Virus record (IMG/VR): IMGVR_UViG_3300016662_000040
Coordinates: 1-34,596 of that record
Origin: a virus
Taxonomy: Duplodnaviria > Caudoviricetes
Length of the DNA stretch: 34,596 bases
Direction: 5' to 3' (one strand)
Position 1 is the stretch's first letter. Each line of letters opens with the position of its first letter. Below the pieces are notes generated by a model, which searched no databases, was not told the origin of the DNA, and worked only from the letters and a program-made list of their open reading frames with translations. Shown here one piece after another: positions 1 to 7,255 of the stretch. The position numbers were made by a program, and so were the translations under genes.

Positions 1-329
1 TTGGCGCTCATAGGGCCAGCAAGGTTGTAGTCCGCAAGATGGCGCTGGCCTCGCATCACTTCGAGCACGCCGGCAGCGACGCGGGATGCTTTCTTCTGTT
101 CCTGACTCAACTCTGGGGCTGGGTTACGGAGTTGGTTGATCACTTGCTGATGCACGCCACCAGCGGGGCCGGCATTTGATCCAGGTGCTGGCAATTGGGC
201 ATGCCATGTTTTGCTGACATGGTATGCGTAATAGTAAGCTCTGCTCACGGCTGAGCGATGAGCAGCTTCGCCTTCTTGGGTCGCCAATTTCTCTGCGAGG
301 GAGAGCAACTCTTCGACTTGAATTGCCAT
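1..329 (-). CDS. HEPN-domain protein (UPF0332-like), 3' end runs off the window
   Basis: Manual translation from ATG at 329: MAIQVEELLSLAEKLATQEGEAAHRSAVSRAYYYAYH...GGVHQQVINQL...VMRGQRHLADYNL. The RSAxSRAYY and R-x4-Y (RHLADY, 27-44) motifs are typical of this HEPN class. Start lies 2 nt after the stop of the upstream gene. Absent from the ORF track because it is truncated. Confidence 0.75.
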   Translation of the reverse strand, partial: MAIQVEELLSLAEKLATQEGEAAHRSAVSRAYYYAYHVSKTWHAQLPAPGSNAGPAGGVHQQVINQLRNPAPELSQEQKKASRVAAGVLEVMRGQRHLADYNLAGPMSA

Positions 330-331
330 GG

Positions 332-1102
332 TCAGTGAGCCTTCATCCCTTGGAAGCTGACGGAAAGACCAGGCTTGTCGAGATCGCGGTCGACAAGGGT
401 GCTGGCCAACTCAAAATTCATGTCACTGGCCTCTTCAGGTGAGACGTGAATCCTGTAGATCATCAAGATCCCAAGTTGTTCAGGGGCTTCGTCAATGATG
501 TGGAAACTCGAAGTCTCCGACCAGGCAAGACGGCGCGCACGCATCATCTCGCCGGCCACATCGAGGACGGCAGCGTACTGGGATTCGGTCACGCCCAGAA
601 GGCTCATGACATGATCCGCTTGGCGCGCGATTTCGACTTGTTGGGTCACCTTGACTAACACCTTGTGTTGCTGAATTGCATTATTGACGGCCTGGACAAT
701 CGACGTAAAGGCCCCGAACCAACTTGCTGCGATGGCGACCTCTGCAAACGGAACGGGAGCAGGATTCGCCAATACGGTGGGTGCCAACTCCAATGCTCGG
801 CTTGCATACCCTTGATTGCCAAGTAAGCACATGCGCCAGGACAAAGCGCGCGACGCGTCGCCGAGTTGTTCCAAGTTGCGCAACCAATACTCGGCTCCCT
901 CCAAGTCCCCGGCTGCGCTCAACAACATTGCGCACAATATGCTGGCGGACATCGCGTCGTCTTTCGAAAGTTCATTCGCAGACTTCCACAGCGATCTCCA
1001 ACGGAGGTGCGACTTTATGTCTGTGCTGGTCTGGGCCACCAGATACGCAACTGTTTCGTCCCAAAGAACAGTCTTCTTTTCTAGAGCTAACGGCGCCCTC
1101 AT
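332..1102 (-). CDS. Hypothetical 256-aa protein with helical/TPR-like N-terminus, probable partner of the HEPN gene
   Basis: Track ORF 332..1312; likely start is MRAPLALEKK at 1102, with a purine-rich leader. Helical-repeat-like segments (GDLEGAEYWL, GYASRALEL). Stop is 2 nt from the HEPN start. Confidence 0.65.
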   Translation of the reverse strand: MRAPLALEKKTVLWDETVAYLVAQTSTDIKSHLRWRSLWKSANELSKDDAMSASILCAMLLSAAGDLEGAEYWLRNLEQLGDASRALSWRMCLLGNQGYASRALELAPTVLANPAPVPFAEVAIAASWFGAFTSIVQAVNNAIQQHKVLVKVTQQVEIARQADHVMSLLGVTESQYAAVLDVAGEMMRARRLAWSETSSFHIIDEAPEQLGILMIYRIHVSPEEASDMNFELASTLVDRDLDKPGLSVSFQGMKAH

Positions 1103-1152
1103 CTTCTTGTCCCTGACCTCATCAGTCCCCCGGCCATCGGCGGTAGCCGACG

Positions 1153-1161
1153 ATGCTAGCA
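1153..1161 (-). promoter_or_regulatory. Putative extended -10 promoter (TGcTAGCAT) for the partner-HEPN pair
   Basis: The minus strand reads TTGCAG-ccccaaaaacacaacta-TGCTAGCAT about 50 nt upstream of the ATG at 1102. Confidence 0.35.
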
Positions 1162-1410
1162 TAGTTGTGTTTTTGGGGCTGCAATTGGTTCCGATGGCCG
1201 GCCAGATTCGCAGGGATAGGGTGCGGCTGCTGCGGTGCTGCATCCTGGTGCTGAAATGAGCCCAAATCAGCCAGAAACCCAATATCCATGCGGGTTTTAC
1301 CGTGGTGCGCAATAGCGCTGGTAACGTGGGCCAGAAGGTGGCTGAAATCCGGCCAGAACCCGCATGAACGCGAGCTCTCGTGGTGGGCCAGTCAGGCTAG
1401 CGGACGGGGT

Positions 1411-2070
1411 TCAAATCCCCCGATCCTCGATCGGCATCTCCGAGTTCATCACCATGTACCCCGAGGGCCGGTGCAACTGGAACCCTAGCTTGCCGTAGTG
1501 GCGCCTAAGCTTGCGCCTGGCGTAGTCCATGGAGCAGCTGAACTCCTGCAGGCCCAGGGCGGCCTTCTCCTCGGCCTTTGGCGTTCCCTCGAACTGCAAA
1601 GGAAAGGGGTAGAGAGCCACGATGCCCGTGCCGATCCGGTAGCGCAGGATGGCCCGGCGCAGCACCTCGAGGCCCAGGCCCTGGTTGCGAAACCTGGGCA
1701 CGATCGTCAGCCGGTCCAGAAGCAGGACATTTGGGCGCCACAGTCCTTCCATGTCCAAGAGCTTGTCGACCGAGTCCTTGAGCTGGACGGTGTCGAACGA
1801 ATCGATTTCGTAGAGCGCCTGGAAACACTTCATGGTTTCCTGGTGAGTGTCGAAAACGGCAAACGCATCTTCTCTTTCCGACACTGCACCCTCAACGTCG
1901 ACTACGAAAAGGTGGATCTCCCCAGCATGGAGTTGCACACCGTTGTCGTCCTCGAAGGCGATCTTCCCGGTAACCTCCTGAATGAACCGTGAGGGCTCCA
2001 TGTCGTTGAGGACAAGCCACTGGTCCTCAATGGTGATCGTCGGAATGAGGAAATCGTCATCGCGCTTCAT
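1411..2070 (-). CDS. GNAT-fold acetyltransferase-like protein
   Basis: 219 aa. LDRLTIVPRFRNQGLG is an acetyl-CoA binding motif A (R/Q-x-x-G-x-G), and LRRHYGKLGF matches the FY.klGF C-terminal motif. Confidence 0.7.
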   Translation of the reverse strand: MKRDDDFLIPTITIEDQWLVLNDMEPSRFIQEVTGKIAFEDDNGVQLHAGEIHLFVVDVEGAVSEREDAFAVFDTHQETMKCFQALYEIDSFDTVQLKDSVDKLLDMEGLWRPNVLLLDRLTIVPRFRNQGLGLEVLRRAILRYRIGTGIVALYPFPLQFEGTPKAEEKAALGLQEFSCSMDYARRKLRRHYGKLGFQLHRPSGYMVMNSEMPIEDRGI

Positions 2071-2076
2071 CAGGCC

Positions 2077-2105
2077 ACTGTAGCGACCAGCCCGCGCGCT
2101 GTCAC
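2077..2105 (-). promoter_or_regulatory. Sigma70-like promoter for the GNAT gene (leaderless geometry)
   Basis: Minus strand GTGACA-N17-TACAGT-N6-ATG(2070). Confidence 0.55.
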
Positions 2106-2155
2106 CGGAAGCATTGTTGCTGAACCAGTGGCAACCAACACAACCGGGTCAGCCC

Positions 2156-2599
2156 TCAGGGCTTGACGACCACCTCTGCCAGCAACTCCTCAACTGCCTT
2201 CCACGCCCGTTCATTGGAAGGCGAGTTGCCCGCCACATTCAGCGTGCTCAGGAGCAGGGTGCGTAGATCCGGCGAGGCCGCCTTGAAGGCCTGGCGCAGG
2301 AACTCGGTGGTCTGAACTGCGCCCTGAGGAATCTGCTCCCCTTCAACCAACGGCCGCACCAGGCTCAGCGTCCGATGCTGGCCATCCGTCTTTTCGCCTG
2401 TGCCGTCAGCAAGCCATGAGGGCGACACCCCCAGGAACTCTGCAGCTCGGCTGTTGTTTGCCGCGGTGAAGCTGTTTGTCTCGCCAATCAGCACCTTGCG
2501 GCACGCCTGGTAGGAGACGCCCAGGGCATCGGCCAAGGCCTGCGTTTTCACGCCGGCGTCGTTCATGGCTTCACGAAGCCTGTCTTTGTAAGCAACCAT
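2156..2599 (-). CDS. cI: CI-like XRE-family phage repressor without an S24 peptidase domain
   Basis: N-terminal HTH (DRLREAM...TQALADALGVSYQACRKVL...AAEFLGVSPSWLADG), divergent from a cro-like gene. Start placed at 2599 because the -10 CATAAT overlaps the track start at 2608. Confidence 0.85.
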   Translation of the reverse strand: MVAYKDRLREAMNDAGVKTQALADALGVSYQACRKVLIGETNSFTAANNSRAAEFLGVSPSWLADGTGEKTDGQHRTLSLVRPLVEGEQIPQGAVQTTEFLRQAFKAASPDLRTLLLSTLNVAGNSPSNERAWKAVEELLAEVVVKP

Positions 2600-2667
2600 G
2601 GTTGTCATTATGCCTGAAAGTTAAAAATAAAATGGACGCATGGTTGCGATTGTGGTTCAATCAGGCC
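2593..2667. promoter_or_regulatory. Immunity switch: divergent promoters and operator-like sites
   Basis: Perfect palindrome CAACCATGGTTG (2593-2604) and related site GACGCATGGTTG (2635-2646). Rightward TGGACG-N17-TTCAAT (2633-2661); leftward -10 CATAAT (2607-2612). Confidence 0.65.
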
Positions 2668-2862
2668 ATGCAAAAAATTGAAGCAATTGAACTCCTTGGT
2701 GGCACCATGGCGCGTGCGGCCCGTGCCATTGGCGTTTCCCACCAATCTGTCCGTAAGTGGCCTGATCCACTGCCGAACCGGATCAGGGATCGGGTTCATG
2801 CGGTGCTGTACCGCAAGTTGATTGCGGAACAGGCCGCGAGCCAGCCCGAGAAGAAGGCGTGA
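2668..2862 (+). CDS. cro: Cro-like repressor
   Basis: 64 aa, MQKIEAIELLGGTMARAARAIGVSHQSVRKWPDPLP: Cro-type HTH, divergent from cI. Confidence 0.85.
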   Translation: MQKIEAIELLGGTMARAARAIGVSHQSVRKWPDPLPNRIRDRVHAVLYRKLIAEQAASQPEKKA

Positions 2863-2880
2863 CATGTCCTCGGCCTGTCT

Positions 2881-3102
2881 TCATCGTCCGAACCCCCGCC
2901 GATCCTGGCGTGAGCGGCCGCCGGCTGTCTCGACTCGAGTAGCCATTCCGCGAACTCGGATTGCGCCCTCTACCCAATCGATCACGACGCGGCTCGTCAC
3001 AAGCACCTGCGTTGATCCCTGCGTGTCGGGATCGACATTGATGCTCAAGGCGGTTCTCGTGCTGCTGTGGACGAGCTCGCTGGTATTGGATGGGTTGTTC
3101 AT
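2881..3102 (-). CDS. Possible small leftward hypothetical protein
   Basis: 73-aa ORF that fills the gap between cro and the CII-like gene. No RBS or recognisable motif. Confidence 0.3.
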   Translation of the reverse strand: MNNPSNTSELVHSSTRTALSINVDPDTQGSTQVLVTSRVVIDWVEGAIRVRGMATRVETAGGRSRQDRRGFGR

Positions 3103-3120
3103 GCTGGTTCAAAAATTGAA

Positions 3121-3149
3121 GTTTGGTTGCCCAGACTTTGCTTTTTTTT
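3121..3149 (+). terminator. Putative intrinsic terminator (tR1-like position)
   Basis: GTTTGG-ttgc-CCAGAC stem with one G-U pair, followed by TTTGCTTTTTTTT. Confidence 0.4.
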
Positions 3150-3198
3150 GGACTTTTGAACGACACATGACGCTTCAAAAAGAATGCGGGGTCATGTC

Positions 3199-3630
3199 AT
3201 GACGGTTCAATTCGAGCTCATATCCCGGCCGCCGATGCATCAGGTCGATCCGGCGCTGATTGCCAGGCAGCCCAGCATGACCAAGGCCCTGCAGCTCTGC
3301 CAGACGCTGAGCGGCCTGGACGACAAGGCGTTTGTTGGCCCAGGCGGTGTGGTCAAAGACCAGGCCCAGTGGAGCCGAATCATGGGATCTGGCCAGCATT
3401 ACTTTCCCCAGGATCAACTCAACCGCTTCATGGATCAGGCAGCCAATGAGGCGCCAATGCTTTGGTTGCTCCACTCACGCGGCTACGACCTCACTTCGCT
3501 GCGCAAGTTGGAAACCGAAACCGAGCGGGAGTTGCGCGTCGAGCGGGAGAAGTCGGCCAAGTTGCACGACCGCTTGGCCTACCTGGAGGCCATCGTGCAG
3601 GGCCGAGGCACCGGAGCGCCGCGCCCATGA
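3199..3630 (+). CDS. CII-like/XRE phage regulatory protein
   Basis: Position after cro; HTH-like DQAQWSRIMGSG..FPQDQLNRFMD..NEAPMLWL and a C-terminal coiled coil. Confidence 0.65.
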   Translation: MTVQFELISRPPMHQVDPALIARQPSMTKALQLCQTLSGLDDKAFVGPGGVVKDQAQWSRIMGSGQHYFPQDQLNRFMDQAANEAPMLWLLHSRGYDLTSLRKLETETERELRVEREKSAKLHDRLAYLEAIVQGRGTGAPRP

Positions 3631-3770
3631 AAGCCGTCATTCACCGGAATTTCGGGAAGGCCCTGCGCTGCGCCCGCTTTCTGCTCCACCTGCTGCGGAT
3701 GCGTTCGTGGAGTTGCGCCAAGTGGGTTGACGCCTATGAGCAGGCCCCGGGCGTGGAAGGTGCCCCATGA
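3627..3770 (+). CDS. Small hypothetical phage protein (47 aa)
   Basis: ATGA overlaps with both neighbours; MKAVIHRNFGKALRCARF... Confidence 0.55.
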   Translation: MKAVIHRNFGKALRCARFLLHLLRMRSWSCAKWVDAYEQAPGVEGAP

Positions 3771-3886
3771 ATCCCTGGCAACTCTACGAGGCCGAGAAAC
3801 AGGCCTGGATCGAAACAAACCCCGGCGCTAAGCCGGCCGAATACGAAGCTGCCATCCGGGCCATCCTGGCTCGGTTGGGGCTGTGA
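3767..3886 (+). CDS. Small hypothetical phage protein (39 aa)
   Basis: MNPWQLYEAEKQAWIETNPGAKPAEYEAAIRAILARLGL; ATGA-coupled; below the ORF-track cutoff. Confidence 0.65.
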   Translation: MNPWQLYEAEKQAWIETNPGAKPAEYEAAIRAILARLGL

Positions 3887-3947
3887 AGGACCGACATGAT
3901 CAACGTAGATCAGGCCCAGGCAAACCTCAAGGAATGGGAGGCACCCC

Positions 3948-4853
3948 GTGGCTGGTGAATGGATCAAGATGCGCACCAACCTCTGGGATGATCCCAGAGT
4001 CGGGCGAATCTGCGACATGACTGGGCTGCTGGAGGCTCAGGTCATCGGGGGCCTGTACTGGCTCTGGGCCACTGCGGACGAACACACAGAGAACGGGTTG
4101 ATGCCCGGCCTTTCCACTCGCCAGATCGACCGCAAAACAGGCTGCCAAGGCCTTGGGGCCGCTCTGGTTGCCATCGGCTGGCTCTTCGAAACTGACGAAG
4201 GGGTAACGCTCGAAAACTTCGAAGAGCACAACGGCGCCTCTGCGAAGAAACGCTGCCAAACAGCAAAACGCGTAGCCAACTTCAAATCAGGTAACGCAGA
4301 GGTAATGCAGCTAGCGTTACCGGGACACACTGACAGCGTTAGTGGTGCGTTACCTAGAGAAGATAAGAGAAGAGAAGAAGAGATAAAGAATACCCCCCTA
4401 CCCCCCAAGGGGGGCGGGCGAGATGCCTACACCCCGGAGTTCGAGGCGGCATGGAAGGCCTACCCGGACAGACCGAATGCGTCGAAGGCTGATGCGTTTA
4501 AGGCCTGGAACGCCCGCATCCGAGCCGGAGCGTTGCCGGAGGTGATGACCGCCGGTGTCGAGCGGTACGCGGCTTTCTGTCGCGCATCAAAGACTGAGCC
4601 TCGGTTCGTGAAGCAGCCGTCCACGTTCTTCGGGCCCGGGGGCCACTTCCTGGCGGAGTGGAGTGCGCCGGAAGCCGAACCAGATGCCGCGTTGACGCCT
4701 GGCACCGACGAGTACCGCAGCGTCAATCGGCATGCCCCCTGGGTGCTGAAAGCCGGGTTCCGGAACATCTGGGAGGCTGAGAACGAGGGGTGCTACGAGA
4801 GGAACGCACACCTCTTCAGTGGCGGCAAAAAGACTCAGGCGGTGCCAGCATGA
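3948..4853 (+). CDS. Phage replication initiator (lambda O-like organisation)
   Basis: GTG start with GGGAGG RBS. N-terminus MAGEWIKMRTNLWDDPRV, a KRREEEIK linker, and a C-terminal FEAAWKAYP...KADAFKAW...FVKQPSTFF domain. Confidence 0.8.
   Translation: MAGEWIKMRTNLWDDPRVGRICDMTGLLEAQVIGGLYWLWATADEHTENGLMPGLSTRQIDRKTGCQGLGAALVAIGWLFETDEGVTLENFEEHNGASAKKRCQTAKRVANFKSGNAEVMQLALPGHTDSVSGALPREDKRREEEIKNTPLPPKGGGRDAYTPEFEAAWKAYPDRPNASKADAFKAWNARIRAGALPEVMTAGVERYAAFCRASKTEPRFVKQPSTFFGPGGHFLAEWSAPEAEPDAALTPGTDEYRSVNRHAPWVLKAGFRNIWEAENEGCYERNAHLFSGGKKTQAVPA
4290..4420. repeat. Putative replication origin (iterons plus purine-rich tract) inside the initiator gene
   Basis: GTAACGC (4291), GTAATGC (4302), inverted GCGTTAC (4314, 4347) and GCGTTAG (4336), then AGAGAAGATAAGAGAAGAGAAGAAGAGATAAAGAA and CCCCCC-AA-GGGGGG. 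Confidence 0.65.
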
Positions 4854-6652
4854 ACGCGAGCGAACTGAGCCAACGCATGGCGGCTTCAGCTGCCGACATC
4901 GCTGCGTACCTGCTACCTGGCGGAAAAAAAGCCGGGCGCGAGTGGAAGGCCGGAGGTGTGTCGGGCGATGCCGGCCAATCTCTTTCGGTCTGCCTCTCCG
5001 GCGCAAAGGCTGGCGTGTGGAAGGATTTCCAGGCAGGTGAGGGTGGCGATCTGCTGGACCTCTGGGCGGCCTGCCGTGGCCAATCGATGGCCGAGGCCAT
5101 GTCGGATGCGAAGAAGTACCTGGGCATTCGCGACGACATGCCAGTGCGTGAAGAGAAGGCCTACAAGCGGCCGGTGAAGCCAAAGTGCCAGACCCCCAAA
5201 TCTGCAGTGAAAGAGTGGATTCAATCCCGAGGCATCTCGGAACAGACGCTTGCCGATTTCAAGCTCGGTGAGCAACTGCGCGATGGCAAAGCCTATGCCG
5301 TGTTCCCCTACATCCGTGACGGCGAGTTCATCAACGTCAAATACCGCAACGTGGCCGAGAAGAAGGATATGCGCCAGGAGGTCGGGGCCGAGCCTTGCCT
5401 GTTCGGCTGGCACCTGATCGATCCAAAGGCCAGGACCGTGACGATCACCGAGGGCGAACTTGACGCCATGAGCCTTCACCAGTGCGGCATTCCCGCCATG
5501 TCGGTGAACGCTGGTGCCGGCAACCACCAGTGGATAGCCAACGACTGGGAGCGCCTGGATCGCTTCAGCGAAATTCTCATCGCCTTTGACAATGACGAGG
5601 CCGGCAACAAGGGCGCTTCCGAGGTCATCAGCCGCCTGGGGGTGGAGCGATGCAAGCGCGTGAGATTCCCGGTGAAAGATGCCAACGAATGGCTGATGCA
5701 GGGCGCGGAGAGGATCGACTTCGAGAGCAGCATCAGAGATGCCAAGCCTGAGGATCCGGAGGAACTGCGTCAGGCCAGCGACTTCTTCAATCGGGTCAAG
5801 TCCATGTTCTATCCGGCCCATTCCGACATACGGGATCCGGTGTTGCGCCTGGACAAAGACCTGGACTGGTTCGAGTTTCGCGGTGGTGAATTGACGGTCT
5901 GGACCGGAATCAATGGTCACGGAAAAAGCCTGATGCTTTCCCAGGTCCAACTGGGCCTCATGGCGCAAAACGAGCGCGTGGTCGTCTTTTCCGGCGAACT
6001 GACCCCTGAACGGCAGTTGAAGCGTGTCACAAAGCAGGCCACGGGCCTTGATCGACCCACCGGCCCCTTTATCGACGCTGTGCGCGACTGGATCCACGAC
6101 AAGATGTGGATCTTCAATGTGGTGGGTAGTGCTGGGCTGGACCGTCTCTTGAAGGTCTTCCTCTACGCCCACCGCCGGTATGGTTGCCGCCAGTTCGTGA
6201 TCGACAGCTTGATGATGACGGACGTACCCGAAGACGGCCCAGGCGCCATGACTGCCCAGAAGGACGCCATCCGCAAGATGTGCGACTTCGTACGCCGCAA
6301 CGGGTGCCATCTTCACCTGGTGGCTCACCCTCGCAAGGGGTCGGACGAATCCAAGGGCCCCGGCAAATTGGACGTTGCAGGCAGCTCCAAAATCACCGAC
6401 GGTGCCGATAACGTGTTCACCGTCTGGTCGGCCCTCAAGGATGAGGCCAGCACAGAGAACGACCCCGAGATGCCCGACGGCCGTCTCGAGCTCAAGAAGC
6501 AGCGCAACGGTGAGGTACAGCACTACAAGCAATCGCTGTGGTTCCACAAGGCTTCCCAGCAATTCCTGACAAGCAGTCGTAGACAGCCGATTACCTACGT
6601 CTCCTTTTCCACGCAGCCCTCGTATCCGCCTACTGAAGAGTCATCCCCATGA
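4850..6652 (+). CDS. Bifunctional Toprim primase / DnaB-like (SF4) helicase, T7 gp4/Twinkle-like
   Basis: ATGA overlap at 4850. Toprim ITEGELDAMS and FDNDEAG; Walker A GINGHGKS; Walker B FVIDSL; LVAHPRK; GSSKITDGADN. Confidence 0.92.
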   Translation: MNASELSQRMAASAADIAAYLLPGGKKAGREWKAGGVSGDAGQSLSVCLSGAKAGVWKDFQAGEGGDLLDLWAACRGQSMAEAMSDAKKYLGIRDDMPVREEKAYKRPVKPKCQTPKSAVKEWIQSRGISEQTLADFKLGEQLRDGKAYAVFPYIRDGEFINVKYRNVAEKKDMRQEVGAEPCLFGWHLIDPKARTVTITEGELDAMSLHQCGIPAMSVNAGAGNHQWIANDWERLDRFSEILIAFDNDEAGNKGASEVISRLGVERCKRVRFPVKDANEWLMQGAERIDFESSIRDAKPEDPEELRQASDFFNRVKSMFYPAHSDIRDPVLRLDKDLDWFEFRGGELTVWTGINGHGKSLMLSQVQLGLMAQNERVVVFSGELTPERQLKRVTKQATGLDRPTGPFIDAVRDWIHDKMWIFNVVGSAGLDRLLKVFLYAHRRYGCRQFVIDSLMMTDVPEDGPGAMTAQKDAIRKMCDFVRRNGCHLHLVAHPRKGSDESKGPGKLDVAGSSKITDGADNVFTVWSALKDEASTENDPEMPDGRLELKKQRNGEVQHYKQSLWFHKASQQFLTSSRRQPITYVSFSTQPSYPPTEESSP

Positions 6653-6748
6653 CCTGTCTAGGACGCCTACGCCCATGCATCGAATCCTCCAGGAGACCAC
6701 CTTGAATGTTTGCATTGACTCTCAGCCCTCAACCAAGGGAGAACGCAC

Positions 6749-7207
6749 ATGCGCTTCCGCCGACTCCACAGCTGTGCCAAACCAGGCAAACACAATGACC
6801 CAGCAAAGCCATGGTTCCAGCCAGATTTGTTTGCTGCTCCCGTTTCCTGCCCGGTCAATCCTGGCGCGGGCAGCACAGACGCCGGTGACGGAAGCCGATC
6901 CCTTCGCCCGCGAGCGAGCCATTCGCGAAGCCACCGACCGCGTGCGCCGCGAGTACCCGCAGTTTTTCAAGGCACCAGGCTCGTTGGAGTAAACGAGAAC
7001 GGGCGCCGGGTGGGGGATTACCACCCGAATGCCCGAATCAGCGATGGTGACGTGGAGCTGTTGCTGGAGATGCGAGATGAGGGCTGGGGCTATCGCAGGC
7101 TGGCCGCCAAGTTCGAGGTCAGCAAGAACCTGGTGCGCATGATCTGTGCGGGGAAGCGCCGATGCTCCAGGCCAGAGCGGTGGAAGAAGGTGCACTCAAG
7201 CGCTTGA
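6749..7207 (+). CDS. HTH DNA-binding protein, candidate late-gene activator
   Basis: C-terminal HPNARISDGDVELLLEMRDEGWGYRRLAAKFEVSKNLVRMICAG is an HTH. AAGGGAG precedes ATG 6749. Last gene before terS; start uncertain. Confidence 0.7.
   Translation: MRFRRLHSCAKPGKHNDPAKPWFQPDLFAAPVSCPVNPGAGSTDAGDGSRSLRPRASHSRSHRPRAPRVPAVFQGTRLVGVNENGRRVGDYHPNARISDGDVELLLEMRDEGWGYRRLAAKFEVSKNLVRMICAGKRRCSRPERWKKVHSSA
6795..6992 (+). CDS. Small hypothetical phage protein, nested in the HTH ORF
   Basis: LLLPFPARSILARAAQTP...ARERAIREATDRVRREYPQFF is amphipathic and protein-like. Start uncertain (6675 or 6795). Confidence 0.5.
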   Translation: MTQQSHGSSQICLLLPFPARSILARAAQTPVTEADPFARERAIREATDRVRREYPQFFKAPGSLE

Positions 7208-7221
7208 TTTCCATTGATTCT
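7189..7221 (+). promoter_or_regulatory. Degenerate copy of the late-promoter motif upstream of terS
   Basis: GGTGCACTCAAG-N15-GATTCT; 9/12 match to the motif with the same spacing. Confidence 0.55.
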
Positions 7222-7253
7222 TTGATTTCAAAACTGGAAATCAAAGGAATCAA
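7214..7253 (+). repeat. Inverted repeat covering the terS RBS
   Basis: TTGATTCTTTGATTTC ... GAAATCAAAGGAATCAA: 16-bp arms with a one-base bulge. Confidence 0.75.
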
Positions 7254-7255
7254 AC

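Noticed and set aside
1103-1312. 70-aa N-terminal extension of the 332..1312 track ORF
   Set aside because: The sequence is not protein-like and overlaps a probable promoter; the ATG at 1102 is the more plausible start.
7204-7253. FNR box (TTGAT-N4-ATCAA)
   Set aside because: The closest half-sites are 13 nt apart, not 4.
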